The translations under genes were made by a program, and so were the position numbers. This document shows positions 48,380 through 61,373 of a DNA stretch of 64,000 nucleotides, in pieces. The notes under the pieces are model-generated. The model had not been told where the DNA came from. It worked only from the letters and a program-made list of their open reading frames with translations, and made no database searches. This stretch comes from Lingula anatina (lineage: Eukaryota; Animalia; Brachiopoda), in the NCBI GenBank assembly GCA_051362555.1, contig CM120643.1, positions 27,470,848 through 27,534,847 on the forward strand, written 5' to 3'. Position 1 is the first letter of the stretch; each line of letters opens with the position of its first letter.

Positions 48380-51300
48380 GGGAGGGGGGCTAGAGGTCCA
48401 CATTAGTAAGGAATTAGTATCTGAGTCAGTAGACAAATGCTCCAAGTCCTAACTTTCTATATCAGTACATCATTAAGTGGTCATATGTATCCAGGGAAAA
48501 CTGCTATAAGACACGCTGAGAATGAGAAACCCTTTGTAAGGAGCTCCAAGCTGCAACCGTTTCAGGTTCACAAGTTTCTCTTATCTTAGCGTCTCAGTGG
48601 ATCTTGCTGGGCTGGATGTTTCTCTTGCCAGGTAAACTGATGAGATGAGGAATTCTTGGCATTTTTGTTTTTTACAGGGTGGGTGAAAAGTGCGGGAAGA
48701 CCAAGGTGTAAATTATCAAGGTTGTTTCCTTTGATAATCTGATTTGTCATAGTTCTGTTTTTGTACGATTTGATTGTGTGCCACTGTTAAAGAAAAGGAA
48801 AAATTGTTGATTTTTTTCTTCTTGTTACATATGTATCCAGAAATGGCATTCGTAATATGATTTTCAAAATTTCCTGAAGTAGATATCCCTGTAACATTAG
48901 TCATGATATAAAGGACTTCATTCCAAAAAGAATGAATTGAAAAATATCATCTAGAATTTGGTCCCAAGTGAATGTTATCTGCGTGTTGTGACAATGTATG
49001 TGTGCAAGTTTCCAGCACACCCTGTAGTGTGAAGTGAAGCATTCAGAGCACCTGCTGGTCAGGTTAAAATGGTCTTAATTGAAGTAGGAACTATAGAAGG
49101 TAGTGGCTACTTCATGAACTGACCCTTGGCAGCCTGCGTCCACTTCTGGAGGCTGTGGCAATAGATTTCTCTCATGTTAACTGCTGGAAGCAATATTGCA
49201 AGGTTTGGTATGACCATCAATTATAACTATGGATTTGATCTCAAGATTTCTTTGATTTGATAGAAAATATAGTGTGGATTTTATTACTGCTTGCTATAGT
49301 TAAACAAGACATATATGCAATGAAGGATGATAGGTGACATATAATATTCCCCCGTATTATACAGTGGAATCCTCTCTCTCTCCCCCCCCCCCCTTTCCAG
49401 GTACAAGTTTCTCTTGTTTATCAACAGCCTTGTCTGTGCTTTGGCAGCAGCACTAGATCCACCCTATACTAGAGAGCTGCTGGTCTTCATATTGATCCTC
49501 CTGTGTAGTTACATGAGGAGGCGTATTTTTGGTAGTGTAATGTACTTTGTGCACTGATTTCCTGGTTCAGAGATATAAATACTAAAACAGCTGACTCTAA
49601 GGCTTTTATTTATACCAGAGGAACTGCTCTTATTACAAACTGACTGACTGCAAGGGCATAATGAGTTTAAACACTTTTCTTTTAGATAATATATTGAAGG
49701 ATATATTTAATGACATGCAAGGCTGGATATTCATTTGTAATGTGTTGATATTGATATATATTTTGATATAAGAGACATGCTCTTGAATTGAGGACTTGCT
49801 TCTTGGAACAGTATATATTAGGCTCATGTCTGATTATAACTGGTATGATAACGTCTTAATGTTTGTCAGACAATTGAAGTATTCTTGGATAAAAGAATAA
49901 AGATAGGGATGATGATAAAATGTGGTAATTTAAAGGTTCATTATCATGTTATCCTAACATGATATACATATTTATGATACTATCCAGTACAAAGAAGGCA
50001 TTGTTGTATTGCTTGCCTTGTTGTTGAAGATGATTTACAAATTTGAAATATAGTTATTATTTATGATACTTTTTGATACTTTAATTTTTTTTCAGGTAAT
50101 AATTAATTTTGAAAAAATGTTATTTTTTGATACTTTTCATATTTTTGCCACATTTTCTCATTTTGTACCTATATCCTTTTTTTTTTTTTTTTTTGTCAAA
50201 ACATTATTCACTCATTAAAACTTTGTAAAAAACAAAAAGTATTCCGCAGTGGCTGCTAGAATTATCTGGCCCTCCATAATGTAGCCTATTCTGCATAGTT
50301 CCCATAGTAGCTGGGTACTGGAGGAACATGTGCAGGGTGAAATATTTCCTATAAATTCTGCTCTTCCCTCAGTTAATGTGTGGTATGGACAGATATTCAA
50401 GAATCATCTTGTAGTGGGTGTCTTGTTCTAAGGAGGGGTCAGGGAGGAATGGAGGATTTGGAGGAACAGAGAAGTAGTGAGTGTCCACGTGTGTGTGTGT
50501 GTGTGTGCGTGCTTGCATGTGTGAACATATATGTTTTTTGTGTGCATGGTTATGTGTGTGAACTTTGTTCTCGTATAAAAGATATATATGAAATTGACGA
50601 AAATGTTTTTGTTGATATACATGTGTAACAACTGCTTATTGAACCAAACCTATCTGCATGTGTAACTCTTATGTTTCTTGTGAACATTGAACAGTGTCGT
50701 TATACAAAAATGGAGTTTTGTTTCATCGAAAACGATTGAACTGAGATATATTCCTGATACAGAACAAACATGGGGTTAACATTTCCAGATAACTTCCCTA
50801 AAGATCTTATATTTGAAGTATGGTAATCTCAGTAATTATCCTATTACTTTGACCAAGCCCCTGATTGCATCAAGTCAGCTGAGGAGCTGCATGAAACAGT
50901 CATAAAGCACATGTATTCTATGGATCTATACAAAGTGAAACTTTCTCTTCATATGAAGATATTTTGGTTTTCACCAGGTATACCAGTATAGCCTTCCTCT
51001 TATACAACTAAGCTAGACCTAGATCCTTGAACCAACAGTGACAGAACAACCTTTTTTTAGCTTGCTCAGATTTCTTTCTGAAGGGCACATTTCACTGGAG
51101 TGTAGCCAGTGCCAACATGAGCCGCGTTTCCACTCCTCCATTGTTGACATAGATCGCTACTGATGCCGTGTGCAGGCCGTGGTGTTGATCTTGGCAGCAG
51201 AGAGGGCGCTGAAGGTCTGAGATATGTAGCCACTGTGATGGGATGGGATGTGTTTTGGTGGTGAATTTATCCTGGCAGGTTAGGGTACTTCTAAGGTTGT

Positions 51301-52198
51301 TTGGGTTTGGTTAAGGTCTGTGGACTGAACTGGAGAAAGGAAAGTCGGTTTGACTTGATCTTACATCACTTACATTGCCAAAAAATAATTGTCACCTTCT
51401 TCCCTCTGTGTCCTCTTCTGCCACATATATTTCCAGTGCACCACATTTTTAAGCTACTTTAAGCTGGCAAGTATCTGATCTGTGCATATTCTCTCTCCCA
51501 TGAACACATGCATAAAACACACACATATGCCCCCCCCCACACACACACACACACATGCACACATACACGCACGCACACACACACACACTCTCTCTCTCTC
51601 TCTCTCTCTCTCTCATACTGTTTTCAGCATTCTCACCCATACTGGCCCTGGTGTGACATCACAGTGACTGTGTTAAGTGTTAACAAGTCATTAACCAAGA
51701 CCAGCTATTACACTGTTAACAGGACATCATATCAGTGGGAGGCATCTTAAGAGGTTGAGATAACCACTTCATGGCACCTGCTCAGGTGTGACTCTGTCTC
51801 TGATCACCTCTAAGTGGACAAGTAGTTCCCTTATGATGCAGACTCATCTTTAGAATGCAATTAAAGCCTCTTCCCTCACACCTGTGACCTTGTTGTAGAT
51901 ATCATTTGTCTCCCTGTTTAACTGTTAGGGATAGCAGGTATCAAACATTGTTATTGCTATGAACAAGTTGGTTGATATATTACAAAAAAAAAAAACAAAA
52001 GGGTGCAAATTTGTGGTAATAAAAGAGAGTCTGTTTTTCGAGGATTGTTATAAATATAGCTTCTTTTGTTATGTATTTGCTTATCTGTTAAACAATATGT
52101 TGTTATCAATAAAAAGTGATGTTTCAGATAGCATTCATTATGTATGTGCTTTTATTTATCTGATAGAAAATTAATAAAATTTCCTGAGTTGTAACTAA

Positions 52199-52454
52199 GG
52201 CTTCATTCACATGCAATGTCTATTTTCTAAATTCTATTTTCTATTCGCGGTATCTTATGATCACGGTCTGTGCCCTGAATATCCCGCGGCGTAATTACTG
52301 GCAGCATGAGCCAGTTACTATAAGTTACTTTAAGTAACTGGCTCGCGCTGCCAGTAATTACGTGGCGGGATATTTAGGGCACAGACCGTGATCATAAGAT
52401 ACCATGAATAGAAAATAGATTTTTAGAAAATAGACATTCCATGTGAACGAAGCC
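52199..52454. mobile_element. PIF/Harbinger-like fold-back MITE (near-perfect 256-bp hairpin)
   Basis: TAA|GGCTTCATTCACATG...CATGTGAACGAAGCC|TAA; arms complementary over about 120 bp. Confidence 0.92.
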
Positions 52455-52621
52455 TAAATATGTTTTGAAAAGTCACTTTGTATGGAAAGTCAATTTTTAA
52501 TTTTTTTTTTTTTCATATGAGGAAAAAATTGAACTTTCAAAATGAAACCATAATATTTGTCAACTTGCTAGGATAATTTAAAAAAGAACATATGTTCTCT
52601 TTATCAGTTGCATCCCATAAT

Positions 52622-54254
52622 CAGTGTATGAAATGGCCGCCTGCCCGCCAGCCCGAGGCTGGTAACTTTCAGGCCGGGCGGGTAAGATTTGCAAATTACC
52701 CGCCCGACGGGCTGGCTATTTTCACAGCCTATTTCCACCTTTTATTTTGTCTATGTTCACAAGCGATTTCAGCAAAATATCAAATAAACTCAATGTTTTC
52801 ACCCACTTTCATAGAAGCAAAGAACTAACCATAGCTTGCAATCGAACGCTCGTATTGAAATGTAACTAACAGTCTCCCTCTCAGTGGCCTCGTTTTCGAA
52901 GTTCCGTCTGTGTGATATGAAGTTGAAAGACAATTTGAAACGAGGCACATTGTTCTTAACCAGCTTCAGTGCACAGCAGATAACGTTACGTCATTGTTTT
53001 GTGTAGAGGAGATACCGCGAGTAGCAATTTGTAGGTTGAGAGTAATAAAAATGTGAAAGTATAAAAAGTTATGATATTGATTAAATAGACTTATAGGTAC
53101 ATGAAGTGCTTATAATCAACAGTAATCAAGGCAACGGAGGCAAATTAAAGGAAAATTTTACAAAAAATTTGAATCCCAAAATTATGAGTGAACGTACGAG
53201 TTTACGCCGTGCGTCAGATGTAGTTCTTTTCCCACGTGCTTTCATCTTGGGCTGTCAAAAATGAAAAGATTCTATCAATCAAAACAATTGAGGAAAGAAA
53301 TAAAAATAACAAAGATTACGACAGAACCAAACGAAAGAGAACAAATTGGGACTCATGGAAAGGTGACTTCGATTTGCAATTAGTCGAGCGGCAACATTTT
53401 TAACTCCAAAGTATCACGCATTGCGACCGAGCGCAAGCATCTCGATCCAATAACTCGCCCCATATAATATATTGTAACCTCTATGTGATATATATAGCTA
53501 TTCTCAATAAGCAATGCTTTCAAGATACGGGGCCCTGCAGGACTGTCTATGGGCCATTAGCGTGCAGGACCGTTCCCGACCGCTTTTAAAAGCTTAAAAG
53601 CGATATTCAAAGGGACCCTATATGTGCTGAATTCTTTCTTCTTTATTGCCAGCACAGAGATCGATTTATTTGACAACAATATATATGTTTGGTCATACTT
53701 GTTGCTATACAGAAAAGCAAAAATTATGATCAAATGATATCACGAAATCGGAATAAAAGTTATGAATAAATTATTGAAGAAGAAATGAGAAACACAAGGT
53801 GAACATAAACTGAATTGACTACCCCCGCCCTCCCCCGCCCGCTAAAGGGCCCTGAAAATTTTTAGTATTTTAGATGGTGAATGGTGCCATTTGGTATGGT
53901 TTAGAACTATGATTCAACTAGTGAAAGTCTTATTTCAAGAGGTGAGGGTTTTTTTTACAGAAAGTGAAAGTGGGGCGTCAGGACCCCCCTGACCCCCCTC
54001 TAAATCCAACACTGACAAGGTATCATTCAGTAGAAATTCCAACCAATTTCTAAATTTCCATGCATAAAGCATGATATTGCCCTTTCATTTCCAAATTACT
54101 CTCCCAAGAATGCACTCTAGACCCCCTCGGCATACCTCTCTTAACTCTAGGGGTTATCATAACTAGGGCAGGTAACTACATGGCCGGGCTGGTAACTTTT
54201 CAGAGTTACCTGCCCGGCGGTCTGGCTAGTAATTTCCTTGAATTTCATACACTG
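52622..54254. mobile_element. 1.63-kb hAT/P-like non-autonomous element
   Basis: 13-bp TIR CAGTGTATGAAAT and ATTTCATACACTG; flanks ccataat/ctataat; GC-rich gcccg/gggc subterminal motifs. Confidence 0.75.
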
Positions 54255-54720
54255 CTATAATTGTGTGCATTATAGTTGCTCTGTTACAAATGGCAATGAA
54301 CATGGAGAGAGGGGAGGTCTGGGGACTTTAGGGATAAGGTACAAACTTATTTTCTTGACTGAGTGTCAGTGCCCTCAGCTCTACCATTGCCAGAAACATT
54401 ATCCTTGTGAGGTCACTAAGTGCAGGTTGAGGTTCACAACCAGTGGAATATTTGAAGAACAAAACATAGGACAACCTTGGCTTGTATTCCTTATAGCTGT
54501 AGGATATATTCTGATATATCTACTGGAATAAGTTCTGAAAGTGTTCCTGTTGCAATTCTCCAACCTTATAAGGTGCTTAAAATACATTTATATGATGCTC
54601 TTCATAAGTGTAACTGGGCAAAGAACAAAAAAAAAAAAAAAACTGATAGTAATATGTGAAACAAGTTCACTGTCAGTTGTATTGTTAAATGAGAAGAGAT
54701 TAAGGAAATGCCTTACACCT

Positions 54721-54752
<32 letters not shown>

Positions 54753-55160
54753 CACAAAGGTATTACCTGCATGAACAGGCAGTCATTAATGAACCTTGGT
54801 CTACTAGTACCTGATAACACATCAGTGCAGGGTGTGCACACTTTAATGTCTCTTAAAGAACAGTTAAAGGAGAAGATGGAGGTTAATTCGGCTGCCCTAG
54901 GAGCAGGGCTGGCAGATATTGCGGTCACGAGAACAATGGAGAGAGTGTGGAGATGAACTCCTGAAGTGAACACCTGGGGTATGTGGACTGTTATTGTCAC
55001 GCCCTGTGGAAGTCTCAGATCAGATATATAGATTATTGAGGTAGTATTGGACTAGAAGGTTGTGAAGAAATATCGAATGTACTGTCTGTCCTCTCATTCC
55101 CATTTGTGGTTGTTATTTGAATTGTTGTTTTTGTTTTGTTTTCTCTCTATGTTCTGTTCA

Positions 55161-55540
55161 GTGGTAAACCACAGTGATATAACCACATAAACCCCCCCCC
55201 CCAGTACACCCCTCCCACACACTGCCTGCCCCATTATATAGCTACATGTGTATAACCACAGTGATATAACCACATAGCTATAACCCCCTCCCCCCCCCAG
55301 TACACCCCTCCCACACACTGCCTGCCCCATTATATAGCTACATGTGTATAACCACAGTGATATAACCACATAGGTATAATCCCCCCCCCCCAGTACACCC
55401 CTCCCACACACTGCCTGCCCCATTATATAGCTACATGTGTATAACCACAGTGATATAACCACATAGGTATAATCCCCCCCCCCCCCAGTACACCCCTCCC
55501 ACACACTGCCTGCCCCAGTGTATGACTACAGTGATATGAT
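55161..55540. repeat. 90-95-bp tandem repeat, about 4 units, with poly-C tracts
   Basis: aaccacagtgatataaccacata...cagtacacccctcccacacactgcctgcccc repeated. Confidence 0.9.
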
Positions 55541-56699
55541 AAGTAGTCCAGGTGTGATGTAACTGCTAGTTGCCCCCCCCCCCCACTCACACACACACAC
55601 ACACACACACATACTTGTCTATGTGTACCAACCGAGGACATCAGCACAACACCATACAACCGAGGACATCTTATTCCTTGGTTAAATCAAAATAAAAACA
55701 TTCAATTTAGGGTAAAATCTATTCGAGTATGAATGTTATAAATTAATTTTTTATAAAAACTAATTTTTTGCTGACAAGAATTTTACATTCTAACCGAGGA
55801 CACACAGGGACACACACACGGACAGACACTACACATTACAACCGAGGACATGCATGCATCTACATGTAATAATGATTGTACTTTTAATGCAAAGCAAATT
55901 TTATATAGCGTTACTTTGCAGCAATTCACATTTTTATGAAATTCTTTCATATTTAAGGTAAATTCCAAAATAACACCAGAGGTGATGATTAAATGAACAG
56001 TTATACAATATTTAATGCTGGGCTTTGCCACTTTTTTAGAATTGAAGATTATGAGATAAAACATCAATTAATTTAGGAAAAGAAAGGATACTGATGAAAT
56101 AAAATAAAAGACCAAAGAAATTCGTTTTCAAACATTTTATTTTCATAATGCTTATTTTCTATTTAGCACTCTTTTATTATCATGAATTTTATATTTTGAT
56201 AACACAAAGTGTCGTCCATTGGATACAGACTTGCACAGTACACAATTTTACAATTGAGGACATCATGCCAGCAGCACCCAAAATTGTGCTTTCTTCCAAT
56301 TTGATGCAATATTATATAATGCTTAACAGCATAATGATCATCAATTTTTTATAATAAAATATTAGTATCATGAATATTCAGAAAATGTGACTAGCAAAGG
56401 TTTTCATGTTCATGGAACTCCAAAGTCATACTTTGAAAATGCTAAATGTATACAAGACAGCACTGTACTGAAATGGGTTTCTTTCCATTTTTAACTTTTT
56501 TACATAAAATAATACAGTTTACTGCCATTTCACATGATCAACTAAGAAAATTGTTGAGATGGCAAAAATATCAATATAACAAGTTTAAATGTCCAATTTC
56601 CTCCATTCCGAACATTGTGAATGATTGAATCTGACAAACTACAATGATACGAGTTCATTTCCATTTTGGCACTTTTTTTACACAATACAAGATAACAGG

Positions 56700-57752
56700 T
56701 TTACCACCATTTTTATATAATCAACTAGCAATATTGTCAAGACGCAGAAATTGTCAAACAACCTATTTTACATATCTAGTAAATTCAATAATGAGACTTG
56801 TTACATGCCTGACAATCAAATCTGAGGAAAACCACTTATATACAAATAAAAGCTGAAGTCCCTCAAAACTCAACCAATCAATCTTATTTTTAAATTTGAT
56901 TTGTATATAGATAACATTGATCACTCTTGTGAGTTTAATGACAACAGGCCTATCGGTTCTCCCTGAAATGTGCTTACAGTGTTACTAATATGCTTTTACT
57001 AATAATCATCAGTTCTGTGAGTTTCATGAAAACAGGCTTTAAGTTATTAGTTCTCCCTGAAATGTGCTTACAGTGTTACATATATGTTGAAAAAAAAAAA
57101 AAAACAGCATAAAATTTGAAAGAAAAGGGCCTGGTCTTGCTGATTTTCAATCTTGACCATTCTTTTACTAATAATCATCAGTTCTGTGAGTTTCATGAAA
57201 ACAGGCTTATTGGTTCTCCTTGAAATATGTTAACAGTGTTGCATGTACACTGAAAAAAGGAGAAAAAAATGCAAAACTTTTGAAAATAATCACCCCATTT
57301 CCTCCATTTTGAGACACTGTATTACACAGTACATGATAACATGTTTACCGTCATATTTATATAATCAACTAGCAATGTTGTAAAGATGCAGACAATTTCA
57401 GAGAAACACTAACATATTTACATATCTAGTTAATTCAATAGTGGACTGTTTACATGCCTGACAATCAAATCTGAGGAAAACCACTTATATACAAATAAAA
57501 GCTGAAGTCCCTCAAACCTCAACCAATCAATCTTATTTTTAAATTTGATTTGTATATAGATAACATTGATCACTCTTGTGAGTTTAATGACAACAGGCCT
57601 ATCGGTTCTCCCTGAAATGTGCTTACAGTGTTACTAATATGCTTTTACTAATAATCATCAGTTCTGTGAGTTTCATGAAAACAGGCTTTAAGTCATTGGT
57701 TCTCCCTGAAATGTGCTTACAGTGTTATATATATGCTGAAAACAAAACAAAA

Positions 57753-57784
<32 letters not shown>

Positions 57785-58990
57785 AGCATAAAATTTGAAA
57801 GAAAAGGGCCTGGTCATGCGGATTTTCAATCTTGACCATTCTTTTACTAATAATCATCAGTTCTGTGAGTTTCATGAAAACAGGCTTATTGGTTCTCCTT
57901 GAAATGTGCTTACAGTGTTACATATATGCTGAAAAAAAACCAGCATAACATTTGAAAGTAAAGGGCCTGGTCATGCTGATTTTCAATCTTGATAATTCTT
58001 TTTAATTTACTAATAATCATCAGTTCTCTGAGTTTCATGAAAACAGGCTTATTGGTTCTCCCTGAAATGTGCTTACAGTGTTACTTATATGCTAAAAAAA
58101 AAAAAACAGCATAACATTTGAAAGAAAAGGGCCTGGTCATGCTGATTTTCAATCTTGACCATTCTTTTACTTATAATCATCAGTTCTGTGAGTTTTATGA
58201 AAAGGGGCCTATTGGTTCTCCTTGAAATGTGTTAACAGTGTTGCATGTACAATGAAAAGAGGAGAAAAAATGCAAAACTTTTGAAAATAATCACCCAATT
58301 GCCTCCATTTTGAGACACTGTATTACACAGTACATGATAACATGTTTACCGTCATATTTATATAATCAACTAGCAATGTTGTAAAGATGCAGAAAATTTC
58401 AGACAAACACTAACATATTTACATATCTAGTTAGTTCAATAACCAAACTGTCAACATGCCTGACAATCAAATCTGAGGAAAACCACTTATATATATCAAA
58501 ACAAGGCACAACTTCCACAAAACTCAACCAATCAATCCTATTTTCAAACTTGATTTGTATATTGGTAACATTGATCACTCCTGTGAGTTTAATGACAACA
58601 GGCCTATCGGTTCTCCCTGAAATGTGCTTACAGTGCTACTTATATGCTGAAAATGGCAGAAAAAAAACAGCATAACTTTTGACAAAAAATGGCCCGGGTA
58701 TGCCAATTTTTGATCTTGACAACCCTTTTACTAATAATCACCAGTTCTGTGAGTTTCATGACAATAGACCTATTGCTTCTCCTTGAACTGTGTTTACAGT
58801 GTTGCATGTATGCTGAAAAAAGCAAAAACAACAGCAAATTTTCTGAAAAAAAAAGCAGCCCATTATGAAGATTTTCAAACTTGACCTGCGTTTAACTAAT
58901 ATTCATCAGTTCTGTGAGTTTCATGAAAATAGACCTATCGGTTCTCTTTAAAATGTTGCATCGCATATAATATTATGCTGAGAAAAGGGA
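56700..58990. repeat. Satellite-like array (170-190-bp monomers) with higher-order duplications
   Basis: Monomer core tttactaataatcatcagttctgtgagtttcatgaaaacaggc...ggttctccctgaaatgtgcttacagtg; HOR anchor acatgcctgacaatcaaatctgagg near 56803, 57452 and 58454. Confidence 0.88.
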
Positions 58991-59478
58991 AAAACAGCAA
59001 CTTTGTAAAATTGGCCAGATCACACTGATTACGTTGATTGCAATTTATATAGCATTCCTTCTGGGAGAGATCGATCCGTAGTTAGTACGATAGGATCTGG
59101 GAACGGTCCCTTAATCGTTTTTGCCGTGTGCATATCCGAACTGTAGGCCTATATATCAGGACGCGTAATTGTCGGGGCGTCTTTTTTTTTTCTTTTTTTA
59201 TTTCACAAAGCGGTTCTTGCAAATGCGGTGTTTATGAATATGTGTGCTCTGTGTTAGCGACATGGACCGAGACCGATAGGGGCCCATTCAAAATATAATT
59301 TCACTTCAGTTGTTAGATTTAGTATTTATTCTAGCAGCCAGGTGTATAACAAACAGGTCAGATCTACAGGTGAAAAGAAGTGACTGTAGTTCGCAGAGCC
59401 ATTATGTAATAATAAATGTTTCATAATGTCATAGCCTTCTTCAAACTGTCAGGGGTAGATTAATTCATAGTTAGCTAA

Positions 59479-59691
59479 GGGGCCCTTTACACTGGACGGC
59501 GTCCTTTCTGCGTCCTGTAGTACGGATCCATTTGAGAGTACAAAATTATAATACTTAACCTTCTGACAACTGGCCAATCACCAAATATTCATTTTTTTCA
59601 ACCAAAGCAATGCTTGTACCTCCTTTCTACGACCACAGTGATGCCAGTTTCTTGGTCGCACAAAGGACGCCGCCCCAGTGTAAAGGGGGTT
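59479..59691. mobile_element. Harbinger-like MITE nested in the Dada-like element
   Basis: ccctttacactggacggcgtccttt and aaaggacgccgccccagtgtaaaggg inverted repeats. Confidence 0.6.
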
Positions 59692-59721
59692 TACGGACGA
59701 TCCATTTACCCTTTTCATTTA

Positions 59722-60751
59722 CTCTGAAGTATCGAATAAAAGAACTGATGGAATAAAAGTACTGGGTGGAAAAAATCTCAAAATTTAATAAAAGTACTGA
59801 TGGAATAAAAGTACTGGGTGTAAAAAATCTCGAAATTTAATAAAAGTACTAGATGGAATAAAAGTACTGGGTGGAAAAAACCTTTGCACCACTCCCCCCC
59901 CCCCCCCCAAAAAAAAAAAAATGAAATAAATAATTATAAATAAAAGTAAAGAAGAAGAAGAGAAAGAAAAAAGCTAGCTATTGATCATTGTAAAAAAAAA
60001 AAAAAAAAAAATTCACCAGGTAAAATTCACTCAGTATTATAATTTATCTTAATATATATATATATATATATTTGCCATGAGTTAAATTTCATAATCGTCA
60101 GGGGCCGAAGACCCAGATATGTCGCACCTAAGCCGCCTCCGAGAGCCATACGGAGACGTTATTCATAGTAAATTTATTCTCAGATATAAGGTTCGTTTTG
60201 CATACCTGTAAACTCCGAAGGGTTTATCTTACATAGAAATGTGATTTAACATCGTTTAAATCATAAATCGGCATGAAATAATTGACGTTTGAAAACAGGC
60301 ACAACTTCTTTGCTGCACTTGAAATGACCTCCTTAGCTATAAATATGATCCTATCACCTTGCGACATTGCATCATTCGATCGATGTACATGAGTAGTTGT
60401 CACTGTTGAAGGGAAAGCACGTCTATTTATAGGAACTAAAATCAGGTGACGCATGTACTGTTGTGTTCAGAGAGCGACTTCCGCTTGACCTACTTTCCAG
60501 TGCTGTTGGTAGAACAGTCGGTAATGAGTTGAAATCTCAATTTTCTTCTCATTATACTTCAATTTAAGAAAATAAAAAGCGTGACTTGTACTTGTGTAAT
60601 TTCCCACCGGTACAATATGTATTTAATAAACATACCGGGTGGAAGATTTTTGAAAAATTAATAAGCGTACTGGGTGAAAATGGAGCGTACCGACGGGAAG
60701 AAATTTGGAAAATTAATTAACGTACCGGTACGTTTATTTGATACTTCAGAG
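59722..60751. mobile_element. Tc1/pogo-like non-autonomous element nested in the Dada-like element
   Basis: TA|CTCTGAAGTATCGAATAAA...TTTATTTGATACTTCAGAG|TA; subterminal gtactgggtg repeats. Confidence 0.82.
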
Positions 60752-61330
60752 TAATTCTTGCACCCTCAAAAGATTGTCGGTCCTAAGATCTACCGAGTGA
60801 GCCACAAATTCAGACAGTTCTTCTTTATTTAAACCACACCAAGTCAGTTGTACTAATAAAGAAGCGTGCCGTAATATGTAGGTGCGATGATAGTTATGTA
60901 GTTACGTAACGGCCTAGGAGAGCTTAATTTGATAAAAAAGACCTTTAGTTTAAAAATATGAACTTACTGAATATATAGACATCTGAGATATAACATTAGT
61001 TTCAGTTTAGTCTGCCCTTTACAGCACAACCGAGGACGCGGAATTTGGTCCGCCCTTAACAGCACAACCGAGGACGCGTGTGTATAGCCCGATTTCAGAC
61101 AAAAAGTTGGACAGTATTTCTGATACACTCGTGGCGGGAATTTGGCCCGCGCTATACAGCATAACCGAGGACTGGCTCAGAATAGCGTCAAATTTCACCA
61201 CCTAACTTGAAATGGGCCCCTTTATGCATTCCACTGCTTATGTCAACCGAGGACGTCCTCGGTTGGAGGTGTGTCCTCGGTTAGTGGGTTTCGGGCGGGT
61301 GTGTGTCCTCGGTTAGAATGCGTGCACAAG

Positions 61331-61373
<43 letters not shown>

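Larger units (their letters stand above)
55614..61330. mobile_element. 5.7-kb (CA)n-inserted non-autonomous DNA transposon (Dada-like)
   Basis: Both ends read CTTGT-N11-AACCGAGGAC inward; multiple subterminal AACCGAGGAC copies; same-strand (CA)n on both flanks. Confidence 0.7.

Noticed and set aside
55094-55504. 136-aa repetitive ORF
   Set aside because: Translation of the 90-95-bp tandem repeat; no domain or splice support
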